Shown here: one piece after another, positions 38,611-50,641 of the stretch
Numbering within the stretch: the first letter of the stretch is position 1
How the letters are laid out: each line of letters starts with the position of its first letter
Assembly: GCF_902713615.1 (NCBI RefSeq)
Contig: NC_052146.1
Coordinates: 291,222,000 to 291,285,999, forward strand
Length of the DNA: 64,000 nt
Direction: 5' to 3'
DNA from: Scyliorhinus canicula
Lineage: Eukaryota
Translations under genes and position numbers: made by a program
The notes under the pieces: generated by a model
Database searches by the model: none
What the model was told of the DNA's origin: nothing
Seen by the model: only the letters and a program-made list of their open reading frames with translations

Positions 38611-41222
38611 GTTTTGAAACAATTCATATATGGGTATGATTGGCCATTTTTAATTGTTACCTGCAAGATTGAAACAGTTTACATTAACGTCCGCTGTACA
38701 GAAGGATTAATGCAAAAGTAAAATAAAACAGGAAATGCTGGAAACATTCCATATAGGTGGAAGAGAAACAAAGTTAACGTTTCAGGTCAATGCCCATTCT
38801 TCAGAATTTCAGAGAGACATTGCTTTATGAAGTGTTTTGTCACACCTTGACAATGCATCCTTCACAGAATAAAACAGCACAGAATGAGGCCATTTGGCAC
38901 AATATGACTGTCCCTGGTTTTTGAAAAGGCTGCATTTATTTGCGTCCAGAGGGAACATTTCCTGCAGATGCACAATGCCAATGTCAGTTGCTGCATTAAA
39001 ACAAACAAGGTGGCGTGACACAGACTAACAATATTGTGCAGTAATTGACCAATGGCAAGCTATTGTATCCACTTTACCTATTTTACCCCAGGGGTTGTTT
39101 AGCACACTGCGCTAAATCGCTGGCTTTTAAAGCAGGCCAGCAGCACGGTTCGATTCAACAGCCTCCCCGAACAGGCGCCGGAATGTGGCAACTAGGGGCT
39201 TTTCACAGTAACTTCATTGAAGCCTACTCGTGACAATAAGCGATTTTCATTTCATTTTCATTATTTACCAGCTCTTCCCTCTTAAAACATGCTTCCGATG
39301 ATTCAGAGAAGGAAGACGAGATTCAACTGGAAACTGCAGTAAACAAGATTCACAACTTTCAATTAATTCAGACTGTGAAGTGAATGTTTTTGATAAGAAT
39401 CAAATCAAATAGTATATTAAATAAATACTGAAGAAATGCATGATCTCATATTGGATTCAAAACAATGGCCCTGAGATTAAGAGTCCAATTATCATCCAAC
39501 GGAGCGGTGAAGGACTTCCTTCACAAGCAAGGGGAAAAAAAGTTGAAATCCTCTGGAGTAGATGCACAGCCATGAAACATTTATTTACTGCTATGGTTTG
39601 AGCATGCTATCCTTTTTGGATGTTGCTCATGTACTGTTGTTTTAGGAAGATCAACTCTTTTAAACGAGAGATTATTGTAAGAGACTGGAAGGAATATTTG
39701 AAGAGCAGATCTTGTGATAAAATCTGTTCTCAAATGATCCGAGCAGAATTAGAGTATTATGAACAGTGAGAATCATCCCTTGTCTCAGTATTACTGCTGG
39801 ATGCATTCAAGGAAACGGTCACAATCCCTTAGATGTCAGCAGTTCTTGAAGTAATTTGTGCCTTTTTCTGTAAGAACTTTCAACAGGAGCTGATGAATGA
39901 ATGATCTATAGACATGCCGGAAGTAATTTCCCCCTCCTTTTGCATTTCCCCATTCCTCATCAATTTTATGGCTGTGCTGTTTCATTGATTATTTAATGTG
40001 CAGGAATCACCTTTTAAATTAAAGTTATACTTTTGTGATTGGGCAATTTTATGTACTTTTTTGAGCAATGTACCCAAAATCAATTTCCAATTGGCAACAA
40101 ATTGAATTTGAATATTGTCTGATTTTGTATGGATTGTGGCATGTTAATTGGTGTTCCATGTGGGATGTTTGATCCCTCTGTAGATGCAGCCATTTCACCA
40201 TCTTGATATAATTACAAAACTTTTGCTGCTGGTGTCAGTAACAGTTGGCATGCACCCACCAGCAGCTACAGAGTAGATCGAGTAGACATGTGCAACTATT
40301 CCGGCCACATTTCTGATCGGTGGCAGGAGTTACATTGTTTTGAAAAAGCTATCTGACTATTCCCAAGTCCCTGCTCTTATTCCATAGTCCTGTAAAATGT
40401 TCCCTCCAATACATAAAATTTTCTTTTGAAAGTTACTGATGAATCTGCTTCCATCATCCTTCAGCCAGTACATTCCAGATCACAATAACTTAGTGCGTAA
40501 ATATCTTCCGTCATGACCCCTCTGACTCTTTTAAAGGTAGCTGGCAATTGGTCTCCTCTGGTTACCAACCCTCTGCCAATGGAAACGTTATCTCTTTGTT
40601 TACCCTGAACACCTATCAAGTCTCTCCTTATCAAATGTGATCTGTTCTATTCAATTTGTTTAGCTTAACATGTTGCTGTTAGACTGTAAAATGTTTTTAT
40701 TCTTCCCCGGAAATTGCAATACCATTTTGAACAAAGAAAAGTACAGTACAGGAACAGGCCTTTCGATCCTCCAAGCCTGTGCCGATCATGATGTCCTAAC
40801 TAAAAAAAAACCTTCTGCCATTACTCGGTCCGTATCCCTCTATTTCCTCCCTATTCATGTATCCATCCAGAAAAGAACAGGTGGACACGAAAGTCACATG
40901 AAAGTAACTGACTGTGTGAATAGCTGTATAACTTCAAAGGGGTTTAAATTATATTTTTGTTATCTTGATTTCCCTTTTACAGTTTTCAGCATTCCAATCA
41001 CTAGAATGGTTCTGGGATAGCTGGGCCAGTTTACTTCACAGTGGAAAGTGGAAGAAGTGAGTTTATCTTTTGAAGTTTATTTAGGGAAAGAAGCAAATGG
41101 TAATTTCATTATTCTAAAATGAAAAACAAGTTGCATTTATGTTGCATTTTCCATGACCAATGGACAGCTCCGAAAGTGCTTCTCAGCCAATGAAGCTTCT
41201 AGAAATGCCTTGGGGTCTTTAT

Positions 41223-41525
41223 AGGCGGGATGGTGGCACAGTGGTTAGCACTATTGCTTCACAGCGCCAGGGTCCAAAGTTCGATTCCCGGCTGGGTCCC
41301 TGTCTGTGCAGAGTTTGCACGTTCAGTGTCTGCGTGGGTTTTTTCTGGGTGCTCCGGTTTCTTCCCACAAGTCCCGAAAGACGCGCTGTGAGGTGAATTG
41401 GACATTCTGAATTCTCCCTCTGTGTATTCGAACAGGCACCGGAATGTGGCGATTAGGGGCCTTTCACAATAACTTCATTGCAGTGTCATTGTAAGCCTAC
41501 TTGTGACAATAAAGATTATTATAAT
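41223..41525 (+). mobile_element. V-SINE variant with alternative tail
   Basis: HE1-like head and V core, then GAACAGGCACCGGAATGTGGCG...AGCCTACTTGTGACAATAAAGATTATT. A sister copy lies at 55880-56190. Confidence 0.85.
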
Positions 41526-42046
41526 ATCCACTGGAGCAAACAGATGGGTCCTCGAAACTCAATGATCCATGAAACTAGTATGTTTGGTTGTTGTATTATA
41601 TGTCAGACAAGAATGTATATTCTAATTGCTATCATAAGTTAAAAGTGACTTGTTGATATGCAGTAAAGGCATTACCGGGGGAGTTGATTCCACTTGCAAA
41701 ACCCAAAATAAAATGTCTACTGTTACAGGTAATCCCACGATTGGGCAGCCCTTGCTGAACAATCTTGAGTGAGCTAATAGACAAATAAACAATTCATGAT
41801 CAGTCACACTCGTGGCTCATTTTGTGATTTCTAGAATTGGCATAAGATTCATATGCAGAAACCAATTCTGTGCAACTGAAAGAAATACATCCCAGTCTTA
41901 CACCTTTGTTAAATTAGCTGGAAGATTGGAGGAGCCTACAGTTCCCCGTTGCTTTCTCCATGGCATCACCTTGGCCACAATTGACTCACCAGCCAGTCAG
42001 CACCCTTTTCTCCTGTAGTGTAAACTATTGTGATCATTTTTAAATT

Positions 42047-42168
42047 CACCCGAGTAAGGAGCAGTGCTCCGAAAGCTAGTGTTAGAAACAAACCTGTTGG
42101 ACTTTAACCTGGTGTTGTAAGACTTCTTTCTTACTGTGCTCACCCCAGTCCAATGCCAGCACCTCCAC
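42047..42168 (+). mobile_element. Solo Penelope-like pLTR insertion
   Basis: Same sequence as 50607-50730. Flanked by the 14-bp direct repeat ATCATTTTTAAATT at 42033-42046 and 42169-42182, which partly overlaps the element ends. Confidence 0.85.
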
Positions 42169-42196
42169 ATCATTTTTAAATTTGGCATGCTTGCAT

Positions 42197-42232
42197 TTGT
42201 CCTGATGAGTGCAAGACCAAAAGCTTCATCAA
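42197..42232 (+). ncRNA. Degenerate minimal hammerhead ribozyme motif (family 2)
   Basis: TTGTC-CTGATGA-GT GCAAG AC-(C)AAA-AGCTTC: intact CUGAUGA box, GAAA box with a G>C change, and palindromic AAGCTT. Confidence 0.6.
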
Positions 42233-43627
42233 GATATTTTGTTTTTCAGAAAGATTTTAGAGTGCATAAAAAAACCAGTTCACTTATACAAACTGGAAAA
42301 AGTGTTTTAAACGTCTGAATTCCAGGGGCCACATGGTTGGCTGAATCTCGCAACTGTCAGGTAAAGGTACCTTCATTGCTTACCGTCTATGTTTGTATAA
42401 GTTATGTGATTAATTTATTTTCAAAATTAATTTTAACTAAAAAGAAACAAGTTTTTGAAAGGTCTGATCAAAGTGTTTTGTGGGGACGTAATATTTACTG
42501 AACTTTCTTCGTATTCAAGAACTATAAAAGTAATAATGTAATTGCCTAACTCTTGTGGATAAATTATTTAGTCAGGCTGACAGAACAAGAAAGTTGATGA
42601 AACATTACATTAGTACTGTATCAAATTTACATGATGGAGATAAAAGTATCTTCAGGCACCAATTGCCAAATGATTTCCCCTCCTATTTTCCTTCAAACTG
42701 AATAAAATTACTTGTTTTTTTCATCCTTACTGCCGCTACCAAAATATATTAGATTAGACACTACTGTACTATAATATATTAAACCCTGATGAAACAAATC
42801 AAACATGTTCGCTTATGGAAAGCATAATTTTTCAAATCTCTCTGCAATCTAGATAATTGTTGACCAAGTAAGTATTCTACTAATTAATAGAAATTTGGTT
42901 GACAAAAATAGTCAAATGTTCTAGTTAAATATGAATATAGTATTTTTACAATGAGGTTTACTAGAATGTTATCTTTTGGACTGTGTCTTTCAGGTAAAAT
43001 GGAAGGGTCATGTTCTGAAGTCTATTTGACAACATGCCTAGGGAGCGATGACGTATGGTTTTCATGGTTGGAATCAGTAGTCCGAGTCTCCTAAAAAGAC
43101 ACAGAAAAATGTTATAGATATCAAGTTGGAAACAGTTGTGATGTAAACTGTCCATTTACTTTCACGGTGAAAGAGTTGGGGCCAATAATAGCGAATCAGT
43201 ATTTTTACATACAGGCAGGGTTAATGTGTTTCATGTAACTATAGTGTGGAGGAAGCCATATTTAACATCAGGTTGCATGCCCTACAATCAATGAGCATCA
43301 TAGACGGACATCAATTTTGTATGGTAAGAAGAGAGAGGAGAGGCTGCTTTACTTTACGAACTCCACAGCCAGCTACAGGAGGGAGACGTTTTCAGCTATC
43401 TAATGGTTCTGGGAGATATGTCCTGCCGTGGTCAGAGGGGAAGAATCATCACCGCTGGTAGTGGATTTAGGCAACTCTGCAAAGATTGGGGGAAGCAAAC
43501 CCATTGGAAGCTGGTAGAAACTATATATTGTTTGCTACAAGGAGTGTAATTCCATGGGAGTGTGTGATAAGTATAAAAAGGGAACATTTCTTTATGGAGT
43601 TTAAAGTAGAAGCCTCCAGTCATTAAC

Positions 43628-43988
43628 GGGCAGCACGGTAGCATTGTGGATAGCACAAATGCTTCACAGCACCAGTGTCCCAGGTTCGATTCCGGTTTGT
43701 GTCACTATCTGTGCGGAGTCTGCACATTCTCCCCGTGTCTGCGTGGGTTTCCTCCGGGTGCTCCGGTTTCCTCCCACAGTCCAAAGATGTGCAGGGTAGG
43801 TGGATTGGCCATGATAAATTGCCCATATAGTGTCCAAAATGGCCCTTAGTGTTGGGTGGGGTTATTGGGTTATGGGGATATGGTGGAGGTGTTGACCTTG
43901 GGTAGGGTGCTCTTTCCAAGAGCCGGTGCAGACTCGATGGGCCGAATGGCCTCCTTCTGCACTGTAAATTCTATGATAATCTATGATT
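43628..43988 (+). mobile_element. Full-length HE1/V-SINE
   Basis: GGGCAGCACGGTAGC head, B-box GGTTCGATTCC, V-domain TCTCCCCGTGTCTGCGTGGGTTTCCTCCGGGTGCTCCGGTTTCCTCCCACA, and a CR1-derived tail. Confidence 0.92.
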
Positions 43989-44595
43989 ACGGTCTTAAAA
44001 CAAAATCTTGGTGTGTCATTCTTTTTGCTATTAACTGGACTTTCAAATTTAATTTTAAAAACTTATTGGTCGCTCCAGGGATTGTAAAAGTGTGCCAATC
44101 AATTACTATAATCTTGAATGAAATCCTACTGATTCAGTATCTGAAATAAGCTGTCTGGGCTTACATTGTCGCCAGGTCAGGCAGCATCCTTGGGAAGAAA
44201 TACAAAGTTAATGTTTCAGGTCTGTGACCTTTCACAAGAATCCTTAAGTTAATAATATTCTGATAAAAAGTCAACAATCCAAAATGTCATCTGTTCCTCT
44301 CGCCACAGATACTGCCAGACTTACTCTCAGCATTTATTGCTTGTATTTTAAATTTACAGTAACCGCAGGATTTTCCTTCTTGAACATATATCAGTCAAGT
44401 TAACAAAAAAGTTATTTACTTTTAGAAATAATTTTTCACAAACTCACAAAAATACAAATGATATACTCCCTGCTTCTGGAGTACAATAGAAATAGACTTC
44501 TGCAGTGCACTCCCTAACAATCGTGTTTCCCTTTTTTGGGTTGGTGCATCAATAAAAACAGATATATTCCTATGTTTGAGTGAAATAATCGAAAG

Positions 44596-45172
44596 GCTAG
44601 GAATCGTATGGCGAATAACTCCCCTCCTGAACCCCAAAGTCTGTCCACCATCTACAAGGCACAAGCCAGGAGTATAATGGAATACTCTCCACTTGCCTGG
44701 ATGAGTGCAGCTCCAATATCACTCAAGATGCTTGACACCATCCAGGACAAAGCTGGATTGCTCCTCTTTCCACAAACATTCAAACCCTCCACCACTGAGC
44801 AACAATGGCAGCTATGTGTACCATCTACAAGACGCACTGCAGTTACTCACCAAGGTTCTTTAAACAACACCTTCCAAACCCACGACCACTGCCATCTAGA
44901 AGGACAAGAGCAGCAGATACCTGGGAACCCCACCACCTGAAGGTTCCCCACCAAGTCACTCACTACCTTGACTTAGAAACATATCACCATTCTTTCACTG
45001 TCACTGGGGCAACATCTTGGAACACTCTCCCCAACAACACAGTGGGTGTACCTACACCACAAGGACTGCAGCAGCTCAAGAAGGCAACTCATCATCTTCT
45101 GAAGAGCAACTAGGGATGGGCAATAAATGCTGGCCGAACCAGCGACGTCCCACACCCCACAAATGAATAAAA
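44596..45172 (+). mobile_element. 3' fragment of an old non-LTR retrotransposon
   Basis: Peptide LSTIYKAQARSIMEYSPLAW...LDTIQDKA is a LINE ORF2 C-terminal region. It ends in AATAAAAA. Confidence 0.75.
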
Positions 45173-46959
45173 AGGCAGGTGGGTCAATGTTTTGATATCT
45201 CATTGATTCTTGGTTCCCTTATTTCTTAAACATTCTTTCTGTTAGTTCTGCTGTTTTGAGCACCCCCCTTCTGTATTTCATGTTAAAAATAAAAACTGAA
45301 AATAAAATTAAAAATCCAGGTTTATAAATGGCAACGAGAGTTAAAGTCCCACTTTCAGCTAAACAGTTGGCAAATACATTAGAAGTACATATAAAGCAGA
45401 AAAAAAGCAGGAAATAAGTAAATTCTTATTCTAAAAACATGCATGTTGTTTGGTTTACAATGGGGATGCCCAAGCATTTTTATCTTCTCAAGAGTGCAAA
45501 GTTGCAAAAATCCAGAGTCTGTGCATCACATTTCAATCCATGATTCTATGAATCTCTATACATTTTATGTCATAGTAGTTTTTTCTAAACCTCAGGAATC
45601 ACAAAATTCAACCAGGACAAATCAACAAGACTCAATTGATTAACTACCATTGACTAAACCATTACAGCTCTGGATGGTTGTGGCTCAAGAGTTTTTGACA
45701 CGCATGTTGGAGAGTCCATATTATTTTCAATTGTCACTGTTAATGAATGGCTGTTCCATCCAACTACTTATGCAGCAGATTGAAGTATTCAGTTACATTA
45801 CAATTACTTTCCCCTCCCCCCACAAAATATCCAGCATTAAAAACGATTTCGACCATGACCACTAACTTTTCTTCCATTTTACCAAGGTTTTTTTTCCTGC
45901 CCTTCCTTTGAAAACCCAGCACAATAACGTACTGTTTCACTGTTTTCGCCACTTATCGTTATTGAAACATTGTAATTACATCCTTTACATTAAGTCTTGA
46001 AAATATGCCCGATGAAATAAACGGGACCCAACTTACTCGAAAAGTGGCTCCAGAGAAGACATACACAGGAATTGCTGAAATGAAAGCCGAAAAGGAAACA
46101 TTCCAGCCAGTTTCATGTGACCCTATTCCTCAGCGGGAACGCACAGGAAGAGGAAACATTTCCTGTGAAACATTTCTGAAGAATTTTCTAAATGAAACGT
46201 ACTCTTATGTTTCTGATCGAACGCATTACTTTTTAGGTGTTTTAAAAAAATATAAAGGCCAATTATCCAACATAATAGGATGTAATTACAATGTTTCAAT
46301 AACGATAAGTGGCGAAAAATCAGTTCCATAACATTTGTCATGCTCCTACTATTGCTGGCTGTCTGCCAGAAATGTGCTAATAGCCGCTACCCAGCAATGC
46401 CATCAATGCAGGGCTGTATTTTTTTCAAACAATCCAAATCGATTCTGCTAAAAACGATCACAGATCAGGATCAGTCTGTTGAAAAAAAAAATCCAAATTC
46501 CTATAGATAGCCAATGTCCCGAATGGTCGACAAACAATGCATTGATGTAAGCAAACCTTCGGAATTCTGTTGATATACAACCCGAAGATTCCTTTGTTCT
46601 GGGGGGGGTAACAAAAAAAAATGCAATGCAATGATAATTTAAACGGGTTTATGCTGTGCATTTTGTATCTGCTGGCATGCTTATGGGGAAAGTAGGTAAA
46701 TTTGCAACAACAACAAAAAAAAACCTTGATTTAAAAAGCCGTTGGCCCGAAAGAGATGGAGAGGAGGGAAATACAAAAGAAAATCAAAGCCCAGCATTGC
46801 GTTTCGACTAAATTCACAGATGGATTGCACAGGAACGAATAATATAGGGGGGGGGGGGGGGGGGTGGATATGGAGCAGCCCTGTCAGTAAAATAAAGTAA
46901 CGGTTTGCCATCTGAACCCTTAACACGCCCTTTCCCTTTCTGCCACCCCTTCGTTTCAA

Positions 46960-47496
46960 TGGGAAGCGGTGGGAAGACAATCCCAAAACATGTGCAAGGC
47001 GATAAAGAGGCATTTTGGGAGGGGATACAAGTCAACGGGCCCGGCGACCTGTCAGCGGTGATGGTGGGGACGCCCCTCCCCCGCTACCGGCACCATTTGA
47101 CGCCCCGACCTCAGAACCGCTCTTTGATTTTTCTTTCGAAATTACCACAACCCGCTCCAAACGGGTGCGTCCAGCCGCGACCATCAAGCGTCTCCCTAAA
47201 CGTGCGAAGCAGACTCACCTCACCCCCCGCCGCCAGCAAGTCCAGCAGCCGTCCTGCCCAGGCTCCGACAAACATCACCGGCCCTCCCGTTGCTCGGCAA
47301 TAACGTTATTCCACAGAGCGGGCGCGTGCGCGAGCGAGCGAGTGCACGGGGAGGGATGGGCGTTTGATTGACGCGCGCGGTGGGCGGGGCCACCACCATA
47401 CACAATGGCAGCCCTCCTCGCTGAGGGGGCGCGGCGACCACCACAGACAATTTCAGCCCACCATGCTGGGGGCCGGGTGGCCAACCACCACAGACA
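46960..47496 (-). promoter_or_regulatory. CEP170: CpG-rich promoter / probable non-coding exon 1 of CEP170
   Basis: High CpG density. Consensus minus-strand donor AG|GTGAGT (exon end 47219). X-box-like GTTGCTCGGCAAT at 47289-47301, NRF1-like GCGCGTGCGC at ~47322 and a GC box at ~47381. The exon assignment is inferred. Confidence 0.7.
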
Positions 47497-47602
47497 ATAA
47501 GAAGTCTTACAACACTAGGCTAAAATCCAACAGGTTTGTTTCAAACACTAGCCTTTGGAGCACTGCTCCTGCCACAGGTGAATGAAGAGGTATGTTCCAG
47601 AA

Positions 47603-47637
<35 letters not shown>

Positions 47638-48810
47638 GACAAAGCCAAAGGTGCAAGACAATGCTTTGAATGAGAGCATTTGCAGCTGATTAAGTCTTTA
47701 CAGATCCAGAGATAGGGGTAACCCCAGGTTAAAGAGGTGTGAATTGTCTCAAGCCAGGACAGTTGGTAGGATTTCGCAAGCCCAGATGTTGGGTGATGAA
47801 TGTAATGTGACATGAATCCCAGGTCCCAGTTGAGTACTCATGTGTGCGGAACTTGGCTATAAGTTTCTGCTTGGCGATTCTGCATTGTCGCGCAATGTGC
47901 GTTCACCCATTGTCGCAGCGTCTGCATGGTCTCGCCAATGTACCACACTTCGGGACATCCTTTCGTACAGCGTACGAGGTAGACAACGTTGGCAGAGTAT
48001 GTACCATGTATCTGGTGGGTGGTGTTCTCACGTGTAATTGTGGTACCCATGTCGATGATCTGGCACGTCTTGCAGAGATTGCCGTGGCAGGGTTGTGTGG
48101 TGCCGTGGTTGCTGTTCTGAAGGCTAGGTAGTTTGCTGCAAAAAATGGTTTGTTTGAGGTTGCACAGTTGTTTGAAGGCAAGTAGTGGGGATGTGGGGAT
48201 GACCTTGGCAAGATGTTCATCTTCATTGATGACGTGTTGAAGGTTGCGAAGAAGATGTCGTAGTTTTCCGCTCCGGGAAGGTACTGGACGACGAAGGGTA
48301 CTCTGTCGGTTGTGTTCCAGCTTCCACCCTAAACACATTAAAGAAGCCATCCCCTATGGACAAGCCCTCCGTATACACAGGATCTGCTCAGACAAGAAGC
48401 GTAACAGACATCTACAGACACTGAAAGATGTACGAACAGGATATGGCGCTCGACTCATCGATCAACAGTTCCAACGTGCCACAGCAAAAAACCGCACCAA
48501 ACCCCTCAGAAGACAAACACGGAACAAGACGTGCCAGATCATCGACATGGGTACCACCATTACACGCGAGAACACCACCCACCAGGTACGCAGTACATAC
48601 TTGTGCGACTTGGCCACCATTGTCTATCTCATACGCTGCAGGAAAGGATGTCCCGAAGCATCGTACATTGGCGAGACCATGCAGACGCTGCGACAACGGA
48701 TGAACGGACATCGCGCGACACTCGCCAGGCAGGAATGTTCCCTCCCAGTCGGGGAACACTTTAGCGGTCAAGGGCATTCAGCCTCTGATCTCCAGGTAAG
48801 CGTTCTCCTC

Positions 48811-50270
48811 TAGGGAGGAGATTGCTGAGCCTTTGATCTTTAAGTCATCTTTGTCTTCAGGAATAGTGCCAGAAGACTGGAGGATATCAAATGTTGTCCC
48901 CTTGTTCAAGAAGGGGAGTAGAGACAATGCTGGTGACTATAGACCAGTGAGCCTTACTTCTGTTGTGGGCAAAGTCTTGGAAAGGTTTATAAGAGATAGG
49001 ATGTATAATCATCTGGAAAGGAATAATTTGATTAGAGATAGTCAACATGGTTTTGTGAAGGGTAGGTCGTACCACACAAACCTTATTGAGTTCTTTGAGA
49101 AGGTGACCAAACAGGTGGATGAGGGTAAAGCAGTTGATGTGGTGTATATGGATTTCAGTAAAGCGTTTGAGAAGGTTCCCCACGGTAGGCTATTGCAGAA
49201 AATACAGAGGCATGGGATTCAGGGTGATTTAGCAGTTTGGATCAGAAATTGGCTAGCTGGAAGAAGACAAAGGGTGATGGTTGATGGGAAATGTTCAGAC
49301 TGGTGTCCAGTTACTAGTCGTGTACCACAAGGATCTGTTTTGGGGCCACTGCTTTTTGTCATTTTTATAAATGACCTGGAGGAAGGCGTAGAAGGATGGG
49401 TGAGTAAATTTGAAGATGACACTAAAGTCGGTGGAGTTGTGGACAGTGCAGAAGGATGTTACAAGTTACAGAGGGACATAGATAAGCTGCAGAGCTGTGC
49501 TGACAGGTGGCAAATGGAGTTTGATGCAGAAAAGTGAGGTGATTCATTTTGGAAGGAATAACAGGAAGACAGAGTACTGGGCTAATGGTGAGATTCTTGG
49601 TCGTATGGATGAGCAGAGAGATCTCGGTTTCCATGTACATAGATCCCTGACAGTTGCCACCCAGGTTGAGAGGGTTGTTAAGAAGGCGTACAGTATGTTA
49701 GCTTTTATTGGTAGAGGAATAGAGTTTTGGAGCCATGAGGTCATGTTGCAGTTGTACATAACTCTGGTGCGGCCGCATTTGGAGTATTGCGTGCAGTTCT
49801 GGTCGCCGCATTATAGGAAGGATGTGGAAGCATTGGAAAGGGTGCAGAGGAGACTTATCAGGATGTTGCCTGGTATGGAGGGAAGATCTTATGAGGAAAG
49901 GCTGAGGGACTTGAGGCTGTTTTCATTAGAGAGGTTAAGAGGTGACTTAATTGAGGCATACAAGATGATCAGAGGATTAGATAGGATGGAGAGGGAGAGC
50001 CTTTTTCCTCAGATGGTGATGTCTAGCACGAGGGGACATAGCTTTAAATTGAGGGGAGATAGATATAGGACAGATGTCAGAGGCAGGTTCTTTACTCAGA
50101 GAGTAGTAAGGGCATGGAATGCCATGCCTGCAACAGTAGTGGACTCGCCAACACTAAACACATATGGACAATAAGGGAATAGTGTAGATGGGCTTTAGAG
50201 GGGCTTCACAGGTCGGCGCAACATCAAGGGCCAAAGGGCCTGTACTGCACTGTAATGTTCTATGTTCTAT
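48811..50270 (+). mobile_element. 5'-truncated CR1 LINE nested in the Penelope right arm
   Basis: RT motifs YRPVSLTS, VPQGSVLGP, FEDD (mutated) and LVRPHLEYCVQFW; (TTCTATG)n tail. The Penelope sequence resumes at 50271. Confidence 0.93.
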
Positions 50271-50550
50271 GGCGGCCTTCAGGATGCACGACAACGCAAA
50301 ATCAGCGAGCAGAAACTTATAGCCAAGTTCCGCACAAATGAGTACGGCCTCAACAGGGACCTTGGATTCATATCACATTACATTCGTCCCCCATCATCTG
50401 GCCTGGGCTTGCAAAATCCTACCAACTGTCCTGGTTTGAGACAATTCACACCTCTTTAACCTGGGGTTACCCCTATCTCTGGATCTGTAAAGACTTAATC
50501 ACCTGCAAATACTCACATTCTAAGCATTGTCTTGCACCTTTGGCTTTGTC

Positions 50551-50585
<35 letters not shown>

Positions 50586-50606
50586 TTCTGGAACATATCT
50601 CTCCAT

Positions 50607-50641
50607 TCACCTGAGGAAGGAGCAGTGCTCCAAAGCTAGTG
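50607..50641 (+). ncRNA. Minimal hammerhead ribozyme motif in the Penelope pLTR (degenerate copy)
   Basis: CAC-CTGAGGA-A-GGAGC AGT GCTCC-(G)AAA-GCTA-GTG. The G of GAAA is missing here but present in the copies at ~42071 and ~51951. Confidence 0.7.

Noticed and set aside
46005-47585. ORFs of 100-130 aa near the left CpG island
   Set aside because: No recognisable homology or consistent splice structure. Such ORFs are expected by chance, especially in GC-rich promoter DNA.
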